NCBI GenBank assembly: GCA_018398765.1
Contig: JAHBMJ010000360.1
Location: 1 to 49,273, forward strand
Reading direction: 5' to 3'
Source: Chromera velia
Taxonomy: Eukaryota
Length of the DNA stretch: 49,273 bases
Shown: in pieces, positions 12,850 to 25,157 of the stretch
How the letters are laid out: the number at the start of each line of letters is the position of its first letter
Position numbering within the stretch: position 1 is the first letter of the stretch
Made by a program: the position numbers and the translations under genes
Notes under the pieces: generated by a model
Told to the model about the DNA's origin: nothing
Databases searched by the model: none
What the model saw: the letters and a program-made list of their open reading frames with translations, nothing else

Positions 12850-14010
12850 TGACCTGAAGGTTGACCGCGGGGCTCCTAAGACTGTGACCTGCAAGGAAAG
12901 AGTAAGGAGAACGATGAGGGCAGCAGTACTTTAACACCTAGATAAGGCCGGCAGCCCTTCCCCGCTTAAACAGGAGGAGCAGCAGCAAGCAGAAAGATGT
13001 TGGAAACAAGATCAAGACGGCTGGTCTTCACTGAACCCACCTGTAAGCTCCACTTCGTGCCGACCCGAGGTGACCCAGCAACAGCCGTCTCCTCCAGAGT
13101 CCCGAAAGTGCACTCCCGAAAAAAAAGTCAAAACTGAGAAAACGCTCTGTCACATGTTTTCTAAAACTATTAGAAGACATCTAACAAAGCGTTTTTTGTG
13201 GCAACATTTCTGTGGGAAAAGTCCGTTTGCTCAGAGGTTCAGAACTCCGCAGTTTTGAACCTGTGGACCTTCAAAACGGACAAGAGACTTCAGACTCGAT
13301 TATTGGCCAATAAAGGCAAAGTCGGCTGCGTGCGTCGAAGGGGCAGGGTGCCGCTACCCCCTCTGGCCCTGTGGCGGCGCCTCCCGGACCCACGATAAGC
13401 CTATGTCTGGACCTGGCGGTGGGGGGGTTTGACCCCCCTGGCCCAAGGTCCAGACATAGGCTTATCGTGGGTCCGGGAGGCGCCGCCACAGGGCCAGAGG
13501 GGGTGGCGGCACCCTGCCCCTTCAACGCACGCAGCCGACTTTGCCTTTATCAGCCAATAATCGGGTCTGAAGTCTTTTGTCCGTCTTAAAGGTCCACAGG
13601 TTCAAAACTGCGGAGTTCTGAACCTCTGAGCAAACGGACTTTTCCCACAGAAATGTTGCCACAAAAAACGCTCTGTCAGATGTTTTCTAATGGTTTTAGA
13701 AGATATTTGACTGAGTGTTTTCTTGGTTTCGATTTTTTTTTCGGGAGTGTACTTTCGGGGCTCTGGAGGAGACGGCTGTTGCTGGGTCACCTCGGGTCGG
13801 CACGAAGTGGAGCTTACAGGTGGGTCCAGTGAAGACCAGCCATCTTGATCTTGTTTCCAACATCTTCCTGCTTGCTGCTGCTCCTCCTGTTCAAGCGGGG
13901 AAGGGCTGCCGGCCTTATCTAGTTGTTAAAGTACTGCTGCCCTCATCGTTCTCCTTACTCTTTCCTTGCAGATCACAGTCTTGGGAGCCCCGGGGTTAAC
14001 CCCCAGGCCA
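12850..14010. repeat. 1161-bp imperfect palindrome (578-bp arms, 5-nt loop at 13428-13432)
   Basis: Arms pair symmetrically about 13430 (GGGGGG-TTTGA-CCCCCC). Mismatches are mostly transitions. The left arm stops exactly at the TIR end at 12849. Confidence 0.95.
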
Positions 14011-14860
14011 GCCTGTCCAGACCCGCTGCTTTTTAGGCTCTTGGTCTTTTCCTTGGGACCTTGTACACACAGAATAAGCTAGACAGAAGTGCTTCCTTGA
14101 CTGCACAAAGCGTGAACGCCCGTCCCTCCATGTTTGCAGGTGTTGGTAGACGGAGACTTGAGGACACCTGCAGGTCAGTTAAGGAAGCGCAGCTCGCTCT
14201 CTCGCTTTGCATGATGATTTACTTAGCATCCAACTTCTTTGTTCTGCTAAGAGCTTGATAGAAACGCACAAGAGAGGTCACTGAGAGAGGGTTGATGGAG
14301 AGTCTGCTGGAGCCTCCATTTTTTGACCGCCTCTTTTGAAGCTTTGCACAGCTCTCAGTCGTGCCAGACATTTTTCCACCCAGACCAATCGCTCAGCTTT
14401 CATGCATTTGAATATTTTCCACTTGCTCCGTGTGTGTCAGTCTTTGAAAGCGGTCCATACTATCCCGATGCAAGTGCTCCTTACTTGTTCATCCTTTCTC
14501 ATTTGTGGCACTCCGTACTGGTCTCCGTCTAAACATCTGGATCTACCTACAGACCTATCCTTCTTTTTCACAGTTTCTCATTGACACACGCAGAACGATT
14601 TGCAAGCTTTTGCACTGTGTAGTGTGACTTCTTTGTGAAAAGAATTATGTTGTCTCTGTGCTCTGTTCTTCAGAATCCTCTCCAACCCTTACTGACCACC
14701 TCCTGTCTGGTCTGACCAGCCTAGCTGTAAAGCCCTCCTTCCTGCACTGTTTTTTTTGCAGAAAAAGCAATTCTTTATAGTTGATTGGCGGTGCTAAACG
14801 TTGCTTTTGAGCGTATTCATTAGTGTTATGTCTGTGTATTTCTTTGCAGGTAATATTCAC
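14011..14860 (-). pseudogene. Degenerate unknown gene (CKEIHR.. / LFTKKSHYTV / IVWTAF..KWK), possible paralogue of 17640-18861
   Basis: Broken reading frames sharing short motifs, in the same order, with the 18861-17640 frames. Similarity judged by eye only. Confidence 0.35.
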
Positions 14861-15053
14861 TAACTTCTACGTGCCGCGGTGATCATAATTTTTCCCACCG
14901 TGAACCCTAGCTAATCAACCAGTCTTTTGAGCACATTTGAGCAGATTCGCACAGGAGTAACGATTTTAAATGCTTTAAAAGGCTCTAGATTGCTTTAAGC
15001 AACCTAGTTTTACTTTATAATGAAGCTGAAATATAGTAAATTTAAAAGTGACT

Positions 15054-15098
15054 GTCACTTTGAATTCTACTAAGTCCTACTTTGGAGTCCACTCTGTT
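15054..15098 (+). repeat. Divergent AACTGA-family-like terminal repeat (putative right end of an older sister element)
   Basis: gtcactttgaattctactaagtcctactttggagtccactctgtt aligns to gtcactttctagtacaaaagtttcaattgtcagtacagtcagtt at both ends. It sits at an AT-rich to GA-rich boundary, as the other copies do. Confidence 0.45.
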
Positions 15099-16042
15099 GT
15101 GGGTCAGAGTTGGAGAGAAAGAAAGAAGCAAACCGAAAGAGACAAAAATGAACAGCAGTGAGCAAGAAGGAGAAGAAGGAATGAACGAAGAAAAGATAAA
15201 CAGAATGATTGAAGGAAGGATTGAAGGAAGGATTGAAAAAAAGATTGAAGGAAGGATTGAAAGAATGATTGAAGGAAGGATTAAAAGAATGATTGAAGGA
15301 AGAATTAACAGAATGACTGAAGAAAGAATTGACAGAATGACTGAAACAAGGATTAACAGAATGACTGAAGAAAGAATTGACAGAATGACTGAAGCAAGGA
15401 TTGACAGAATGACAGAAAGGGGAAGTGAAAGAACAATTGAACAACGAGACAACCAAATGATCAATAGAAAGACTGACAGATTAAGTAAAAGGAGAGATGA
15501 ACGACTGAAACAAGCGGAACAGACAGACAAAGAAAGCAAAGGGACGGAAAAAACAGATAATAACGTGCAAGTGGAAGGAACAAGTGCAAAGATAGAAGGT
15601 AGTAGCAGAAGGAACAAGAAAAAGAGGGGGAAGTGAGGAGGAAAAACAAGACCAGAATGAAGAACTGACTGTACTAACAATTGAAACTTTTGTACTGGAA
15701 AGTGACTTTGAAAAATTTAGTTTTTAAAACATTAAAATAGATAGTTTAACCTTTAAACTAATTGATTTTCATAATTTATTTAAGACTATTTAAGCTTAGT
15801 AAGATGTTTAAAAAATGAAATAAAAAAATGTATATATAGAGTATATATTTTTTCAAAACCATAATTTAAAATTGTCTGGTACCTATCATCGTAAATTAAC
15901 GCTAAGAGGAAAACACAATAAGAAATGCATCTGAATGGCTCTGAATCGATCTGATTGAAGCATTTCTTCTCATGATCATAACTGTTTTGTTTTCAATTCA
16001 TATGAGGCACTGCTCAACGGCGGGCGTGTCAGGGGTAGGGGG

Positions 16043-16153
16043 NNNNNNNNNNNNNNNNNNNNNNNNNNNNNNNNNNNNNNNNNNNNNNNNNNNNNNNNNN
16101 NNNNNNNNNNNNNNNNNNNNNNNNNNNNNNNNNNNNNNNNNNNNNNNNNNNNN
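16043..16153. other. Assembly gap flanked by G runs
   Basis: N run. Confidence 1.
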
Positions 16154-16329
16154 GGGGGGGGGGGGGGGGGGGGGGGCATCTCAGTATTTATCAAACATGC
16201 ACACCCGTGAACGCCACCTGCAGAAATACGTGCACACAAACAGAAAGTCAGTCGAATCGCCAGAATACACATAAAAGCATGCATACAAACACAACCTGTA
16301 TCTTTATTTTGTATCAGAATGATACATGA

Positions 16330-17060
16330 AAGCAGGAAGACCGAAATTGGGAAAGCAATCGGACGGGCAGGAAGGCCAAAATCGGAAAAGCAATCAGGCG
16401 GGTAGGAAAGCCGAAATTGGAAGGCAGTCAGGCCGCCAAGAAGACCGAAATTGGAAAGCAGGCATGTAGGCAGAAAGAACGAACTCTGAGAGGCAGTCAG
16501 ACACATAAGAAGGCCGAACTTGGGAAGACAGTCGGGCCAGCAGGAAGAACAAAATTGGGAAGGCCATCGGGTAAGCAGGATGACCGAAATTATGAAGCGT
16601 TAGGAGAAAACTTGGGCAGGAAGGAAGGTTAAAATAGGGAAGGCAATCAGGCAGGCAAGAAAGCCGAAATTGGGAAGGCAACTGGACAGGCAGAAAAGCC
16701 GAAATTGCGAAGTCAGTCAGGCAAACAGAAAGGCCGAAATTTAGAAAGCATTGAGGCAGACAGAAAGACCGAAATTTGGAGGGCAGACAGGTAGGCAAGG
16801 AGGCCGAAATGGAAAAGCAGTCAGCATGGCAGGAATACAAAACTCTGGAAGGCAGTCAGGCAGGCAAGAAGGCCGAAATTGGGAAGGCAATCGGGCAGGT
16901 AGGAAGACCAAAATTGGGAGTACGGCGAAGGCCGAAATTAGAAAGGCAATAGGGCGGGCAGAAAGGCCAAAATTGGGAAGGCATTTAGCTAGACAGAAAG
17001 GCCGAAAGCTAGAGGGCAGTCAAGCAGGCAAGAAGGGTAAAATTTCGGAGGCAGTCAGGC
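16330..17060. repeat. Degenerate ~37-bp minisatellite (core GGCCGAAATTGGGAAGGCAGTCAGGC), roughly 19 copies
   Basis: Recurring ccgaaattgg and ggcagtcagg at a ~36-38 nt period. Confidence 0.85.
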
Positions 17061-17412
17061 TGGTAGAAAAAAACACAGGCTCGGCACGTATGGGTGCTGC
17101 TCCCCTCCGCAACAAAAATGCAAAGACCTACCTCTAAAAGAGTTGAAAAAAGCCTAGGGCTCAGAACAAACATCTTCTAAATGAGACCAACGACCTGCAA
17201 AGAGCAGAGAAGGGGGGAAGGGGTGAGGAATACACGTAAAGGGAGACGGCAGTTTTTTGCCTTGCCGAGGGCAGACCGGTCAGTCGCTCAGCAACCACAA
17301 TGGCCAGGTTACAACCATACAGGAACACTTACAGACATCATACAAAGCCTTCTGCATGCACTAAAAAAGCTTATCTCTGCAAACAATATTTTTTTAATTC
17401 CCTCGCTGGGAG

Positions 17413-17635
17413 GGGGGGGTGGACCCTCTCGCAGGGGTACGAAGCGGCCCAATTTCGTACCCCTGGTGGAGGGGGGGGGTCCGACTTGCTCTACAGGTTT
17501 GCATCCAAAATGTGTCTAGGAGTGTTTCCTAAACACATTTTGGACACAAACCTGCAGAGCAGGTCGGACCCCCCCCCTCCACCAGGGGTACGAAATTGGG
17601 CTGCTTCGTACCCCTGCGAGAGGGTCCACCCCCCC
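17413..17635. repeat. 223-bp palindrome with nested hairpins (5-nt loop at 17522-17526)
   Basis: Arms pair about 17524. Each arm itself contains CAGGGGTACGAA...TTCGTACCCCTG, so alternative branched or cruciform folds are possible. Confidence 0.95.
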
Positions 17636-17639
17636 TTAT

Positions 17640-18861
17640 TGCTGGTGGAACGATACAAAACGAACTGACCTGATTGAGCGATCCAAACCAGTCCGTCAAC
17701 CCTTCTAGTTGTTGTACAACTCCTTTGCACCGAAGCAACCACTCCTACGAGCAACCAGAGGTGTCTAACCAACACAGATACCGAAGGGGGAAAAAACTCC
17801 GGAATCTGTAACCCCTGCAAAAATGAGGTTCAGGAATAAAAAGCTGAACATGATTTTGTCATTGTCAAGCCTTCCAATACAATCCAATGGAATGCTTGAC
17901 AACGAAATTTTGTGGATAGAGGCCCATTCTGTTGACCCGACTTTCTGAGTGGAGGAGAACTTTCTGAAGACCTGACTGAGAATTTTTCAGATCGGCATTT
18001 TGATGGGTCAGCGCGCAGCCAGGAAGTGCTTTTTAGCCTTGGTGGCCAGCCGGGCCCTGGCCCACAACGCGTAGCTTGCATTCCGGGGCCGTCATATGGT
18101 TGGCCGATCTAAAATCGGCTCCGAAAATCGGCTTTCCGTCGAATGTTTCAAGTCGATCAGAGCACGACCTAGTACCGCCTCTCTCCCATCACACAGACTT
18201 GCTTTCCAGCGATGAAAGTAGGCTTTATCGAAAGCCCAGAGGATTGACTTCTTTGCTTTTTCTTGGGTTTTATATATTATGACATTCACTCTACTGGTTG
18301 CCCTGAAAGGGCAATTTCGATCTTCTATCACGAAGGGCACGGCCCGTCTCCACGCAAAGGGGCCTACGAAGTTGCCCTAGTAAAGCTTCTATTGAATCCT
18401 TTCCATGCGTGTACTCTAACAAGCTCTAGATGAGGAGCTGGAAAGGCTTTCTGAATGAGGGGGCCAGCTCTGGGTGGCCAGAAGGTGAGCCACTTTATGA
18501 ATTTTTGCATATCTGTGCTGCAGGTCAGACTGAGCCTTTCTTGGAGGACCGTTTGTCGGTGCTTGGGTTTTGTAAAGAAGCAAGTTGTGGGAGTGAGGCG
18601 CAGCTCTTGTTTATATAAGAATTTGGAGGTGGGGCTCCTGGGTGGACTAAGACCCAGTGGCCAGTTCCGGGCCTCACCCAGAAAAAACAAGAACGCTATG
18701 ATGGCCGATCATGGGCAAGGCCCTCTAGCTAGAGGCCATGGATTGATCAAGCTTTCAGAAGCTAAGCATTTACCTCTTGCACGGTCATAGTGCTCAATAT
18801 TTGTTTGGTTGAACTGCTTTCTGTGGGTGTCAAGTCGGTAGATCTCTTTGCAGACATTCAT
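17640..18861 (-). pseudogene. Degenerate unknown gene inside the AACTGA element (MNVCKEIYRL.. FFTKPKHRQTV.. ILWAF..RWK)
   Basis: ATG at 18861, a long frame with an in-frame TGA, then ORFs 18364-18690 and 18092-18340. It runs toward the palindrome. No family recognised. Confidence 0.4.
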
Positions 18862-20049
18862 TCTTACCTTTCATAGGGGTTGCCCGCTGTGTGCTCCCTC
18901 CTTACATCAATATGCGGATTCGGTGTATTCTATTAGAAGTAAAAGTTAGCTTGTTTGTGCATTACACTGTGCATTATCATATGCCTGCAGAGTCTGTAAT
19001 CACTCCCCGACATATCAACATACTATAACTCTTTCACCTCACTCATTTCCAACAATTTCCAACATACACACCACAAACCCATTAAACCTTATCTTTAAAA
19101 GTTGTTCATACTTTCATGCAGGTAAAAAACAATAAATAAAATTATTTTAAGTACTTTAAAGACTTAGTTTTTTATATAAAATTTAGTGTGATATATAGAA
19201 AATTAAAAGTCACTTTCTAGTACAAAAGTTTCAATTGTCAGTACAGTCAGTTGAAGGAGGTGGAAGGTTCGGAACAGGGGCTGGAAGAGAAGCTCGGAGT
19301 CAAACGGGGAGAGGACACTGCCTTCTATATTCACGATTGGGAAGGAGGACACACCTGTGGATGTCCAACTCGATAGCATGATTGAACCACTCCCAACGAT
19401 AACAGAACATAGTTCAGACGCGGGAGTGTTTGAGAGGTGCGAGCACCTGAAATATGGCCTGCATGTGCCATCTTGCACAGGCTCAAAAAGTATGGACTTA
19501 ACAGAAGGAGAGAGAACTGAGGAAGAGAAGTATGAACAAGGGGAAACACTGAGCAACAGAAGCAAATCGGTCTCTGCGAGCGTGCAAAGAGAGCAGGTGA
19601 AGGAGAAATGTGAAGATTGCCACAGTGAAAACCAAACTGCCTTGCAGACGAAGGCAGACACGTCTACAAAAGAAGATATAGTCGGTATGGAGGGACAGGA
19701 CAAGGGGGAGGAGCATGGCCTAGAGAATGGCATTGCCCTGTTGAAGAGCAGTGACCAGCACTCAGGTCAGGGGGTGATTGCAGGTGACCGCTATTTTGCC
19801 CCGAGCTTTGGGGAGGGACAAGGGAAGGCAGAAAAGGAAAAAAGCATAACGAACATTCAAATACAATAGGGAAGGGGGTGTGAAGAAAAAAAGCAAAAAG
19901 AGGAAAGAGGAGAGAGAGAAAGCAAGAGTCTCTTTGCCCGGATCAGCCAGAAGCTCGAAAGCAAAGAACCAAGGTCGAAGAAGACTTCTGAATCACTGAT
20001 TCAAGAGCCTACGGATGGACAAAGACTCAAATGGGGACTGAGGAGGAGT

Positions 20050-20089
<40 letters not shown>

Positions 20090-22114
20090 GAGAGAGAGAC
20101 TGACAGACAGACAGATAAATATACTAAAAGTTGCCATAACATTGAGAGTACAGGATTCCTCTCTGAAAGGACATTGTTCTTTGCTCACAAACGCATAAAG
20201 TCTTGCATACAGAGACCAGAAGAAAAGAAGAAATCAGATGTCGTCGGGATAGGGGGTGTGTGAGAAGTTCGGCCCTGTTGGGTCCGATATCTCAGTGTCC
20301 CGCCGCCGCCTGACTGACTGATTGACCAAAGCACGGGAGAACGCACGCATGCAGAGCAAAATCAGAAGAATTAAGCCAGCCGCATTATCTCCCCAACCGG
20401 ATAAGTCTCGAATGCAGATCGATCAAAGTGCATGCATGCATTTGAATCAGACAGGAAAAGTCTGATCAATCAAAGTATAGAAGTACAAAGTGAGGCAGAA
20501 CAGACAGAATCTCCGAAGCAGGAATAATCAACTCCTATGTAAAGCTGACTCCATCGTACAATCTCTCGTCTCTAGCCTAGAACTGAGTAGACACCACGAA
20601 ACTTTTCAGTAAAACGATAAGAAGGGCCAAGTAAAGAGAAAGAAAACGGGCAAAAAGAGGTTCCTGCAGATCAAATTAACCGTTTTTCCTCTTTGTCAAG
20701 CGCACTCAGTCGTGGTACGGCTTACTCCTAACTCTGTAAGGCGGCATGTCTTAACTTGTCATTGAGCTTGATAGCATAGTCAAACAACGGAGCAATTCAG
20801 AACAGCTTCACTTAGACGGTATGCTTTATCACCTTCCTTAAAAACTATACAGATGATCGAATCTACGTACAATTCCCCTCCATGTGTGTTTTTACATATG
20901 TACCGATATATTAAGGTTAGACAAAAGGTGCATGTTCGCCATGCACGCGCTGTACAGTTGCTGGAAAGCGCGGGTCCCGAAAGGCAAATATAACCCGATT
21001 TATTGGTAATTCGACTTTTTTTTTTCCATAGGTGCGGCTAGCTAAGGGCCTTAACAGATACCATGGCCCCAACAGATACCATGGCCGGGGGCCACGGCAA
21101 GTTAGTGAGTTGGCAGCATTTACCGAGGTCAGGCACTCCCCCGAAAAATTTGGAGATTTACGCATTGCGAGTGGTCCAGAAAAGCGAATTGAGGGTCACG
21201 GGACTTCTGAAAGTGCCATCCAAACAGGCTTTCCGGGGCTAAAACAGCGATAAACGCATTGAAATGAAGGTCACTTTCAGAACCTCGCTTCTGATTCCAT
21301 GCAACTGTCCCGGAGTTCCCACGAATAAGAGTGGCACCTCTTCTTTCCGAATACTGCATCCTGCATGCTCTACTGTTTCTGTCTATGTGCGCTTCACCGT
21401 TTTCTCCACTTATACCCGAGGATGAACGCGAAGGCTAGGAAGGCTAGCGCGAAGGTCAGACAACACATGCATATATTGAGATCTGAAAACGGCATTTCTT
21501 CTGCATCTCCTTCCCAAAAGATGCTTTCGGTTCATCTGTCCATTTGAGTGTGTCTCTCTATATGTGTTCGATGCTGTACTGAACGTGTCGGTGTATCGAG
21601 TACAGATCGGTACCATCGTAACTTAAAAGTCCAGCGTCCAGGTGTGTCTCGACGTCTTTTCTTTTTGAGCATACATGCAGATTGACGACGCCACCGTCTG
21701 AAAATTCAGCTGTTCTTCTATCTTGTGCTCTATGCCTGTTTCTCTTTCTTTCATTCTGCATGACTGGCTCTGTTTCCATCCGACCGTCTCTATCAGTAAA
21801 CTTTTGTCTGATGGCTAGAAAATGCGTGTGCCTGTTTGTATGCATGTGCCCAATTCAATACTCCTGATATATGCGTACCATAAACAGTTGTGTAGCCATC
21901 TCTTTGGGTGTCTGTGGGAAGTTTGGACAAAATGAACATGTGAGAACAGAGAGGAAGCTTGCGGGGAGTGTGGGCTGTGTCTGTTTTGGTTCCCTCTAGA
22001 ATCACACAGTTCACCATCGTTCTTCTGAACAACATTGTAGGTTGAACTGTGACAGCGATACACCATGTACATACGTCTGCCTGCCTGTCCGTGTATTATT
22101 GCATGCATGCAAAA

Positions 22115-23285
<1,171 letters not shown>

Positions 23286-24158
23286 TAGATGAATGACTTA
23301 GTCCTAAGAATTTTCAGAAAGAATCTGTTTTAGATTTTTTAATGAAGTTTTCTAGAAATTAGTAGAAATATCTAAGTTCTTTCTATATAGAAATTTGACA
23401 CAATGTAAGTATAACAACAGTTGGTACATATACTTGAACTAAGTACATATGTCAAGTAGTAGTGAGAATCAGGGAGATACTAATACATATGCCAGAAGTT
23501 GTTGTAGGCAAATAGATTCTTCACAACCAGAGTAGATAAAAACGATAGATTAAATCGAAAAAATAACATGTTAGAAGCTCGGTCCGCTGGAAAAATACCT
23601 GTACTGTTTTTAACTGTTTGTTAGTATTTCTAGATTCGCGTTAGTTTTTAAACTGCAAAAGGCTAGGCAAAAAGTTTTATTTCATAATACAGTGTGTCCG
23701 ATATTCGTCTGATATTCATACACACAAAAAAGAAAAATTAAATGGCTTGCAGTCTATAGCTTGCAGTGGCTCTTAAGCTGGCTCTCAAGCTATATATATA
23801 CTGCATGTCTGATTATTCATGGCAAAAAGCCTCCAGCAGGGATAAGGTACGCTTCGCCAGAAGCTTGCGCCTTGTATTAATATAAAGGTTAGAGCGGGCA
23901 TTGTGGGGCCGGTTGAGGACATAAGCGATAAAAAAATGCGGCACAGTCCGTCAGACGCATCATAAAAGAGATTTACCTACTCACGGAATGTATGAACACA
24001 GAGAGGAAGAGGTGGAAGCTTGACAAAATTATTAGTTACTGTAGAATAAAGGAGCACGCGCCCATTGAGAAACGAGTGGAAATTGCGTAATGGGCAGCTG
24101 CTTCAGCTGGTAGAGGAGTGGGGAAGAGTGAAAAGAAAGTTTGAAAGATGATCGCTCT

Positions 24159-24391
24159 AACCCCCCTAACACTTTAGTAAACTTGAAACGCCACGCCAAA
24201 CTTGAAACGTCTGCACCGCAGGCATGGCTTAACTCGAAGGTAGCGTATAGTAGCACGCCAAAGGCGTGGCCAAAATAAAGTATACTTAAAATTTTTTATG
24301 GAAAGCGCAGATAGTCTGGAAAGAACCGCACCGCAGGCGTAGCCAGCATTAAAAAATCTATTTCAAGACAGACTGGAGTGTGAGGGGGGTT
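24159..24391. mobile_element. 233-bp MITE with 8-bp TSD
   Basis: TIRs AACCCCCCTAACACTTTAGT and ACTGGAGTGTGAGGGGGGTT. Exact TSD ATCGCTCT at 24151-24158 and 24392-24399. Confidence 0.85.
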
Positions 24392-24689
24392 ATCGCTCTT
24401 ATATCCTCGTTCCAACCTCTAGCGGATATGAGAGCAGTAGAGGAATATATAGGCAAGTTAACATAATTTCGTATTGTCATGTATGATTGAGTCAATGCAC
24501 TAGATTAACAAACCAATATATTGCATGTCATACCCCGTGGTTGGCCAGAGCCTAAGTGGTGGCTCACCAGCTTTAACCGCCTCTGAGTCAATTTCTTTGT
24601 GTTACATATAGGCACGATGATAGATACTCGGATCGAGTATATTAATAAAATAAAATACTAAAATCATGTATAGATGCCAGCGCAGTGTA

Positions 24690-25157
24690 TGCTTTGTCTC
24701 TTCTGTCCGGCCACCTTATGGCGTCTAGACAGAAGGTAAAGCAAGGACAAGAACCCTGGGGAAGATCTGGAGAAGGAACGTGAGCAACACTAACTTAGGC
24801 AACAGTTTACAGAAGGTTTAGCTCTAGCGCGATCTGAGATTCCAATCAGCTGGATTTATTCTATCATTGCACAATTTCTACTTATGCTTCTCTCTGTTCC
24901 TCTCTCTTAGAGTCTCAGACTCCTAATCTATGATAAACAGACATTAGCCTCAAACGATCCTATCTGTTGCTCAAGTGATATGTTGCTTGAATATGAACAT
25001 TGCAAAGGTCAGACCGGGTCAGACTCGACTTCGATCGACGCGCGCGCGATACGTATGAAGCAAAGCGCGGCGGTGGAATGTGGCGCAGCACGCTGGCTCA
25101 CTCAGTTACGGCACATGCGAAGGCTCAAAGGGCGGCGCCATAGGGTAGGACTCCACA
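24690..25157 (-). repeat. LTR copy 1 (3' LTR)
   Basis: tgctttgtctc...ggactccaca; roughly 90-95% identical by eye to 29239-29706. Confidence 0.9.

Larger units (their letters stand above)
15663..19252. mobile_element. Non-autonomous TIR DNA transposon (AACTGA TIRs, 4-bp TSD GAAG), Sola-like by TSD length
   Basis: 47-bp TIRs at 15663-15709 and 19206-19252 (45/47). GAAG at 15659-15662 and 19253-19256. Flanks rejoin into one reading frame. Contains an assembly gap at 16043-16153. Confidence 0.85.
15099..20052 (+). pseudogene. Low-complexity charged ORF remnant interrupted by the 15663-19252 insertion
   Basis: Removing the element and one GAAG joins 15082-15636 in frame to 19357-19869 and on to a TAG at 20050: ..KKRGK*GGKTRPE*RRWKVRNRGWKRSSES.. 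Includes a 24-bp repeat (RMxExRIx) at ~15200-15420. Confidence 0.6.

Noticed and set aside
13070..13790. Paired small ORFs on opposite strands (MTQQQPSPPE.., MAAPPGPT..)
   Set aside because: Mirror artefacts of the palindrome.
16330..17060. Possible CRISPR-like array
   Set aside because: Whole units are degenerate copies with no unique spacers, no cas genes, and the context is eukaryotic.
18650..18720. AIIAFLFFLGEAR as a tyrosine-recombinase motif
   Set aside because: No convincing R..HxxR..Y catalytic set in the following frames.
21053..21086. 16-bp direct repeat AACAGATACCATGGCC x2
   Set aside because: Isolated local duplication with no further structure.
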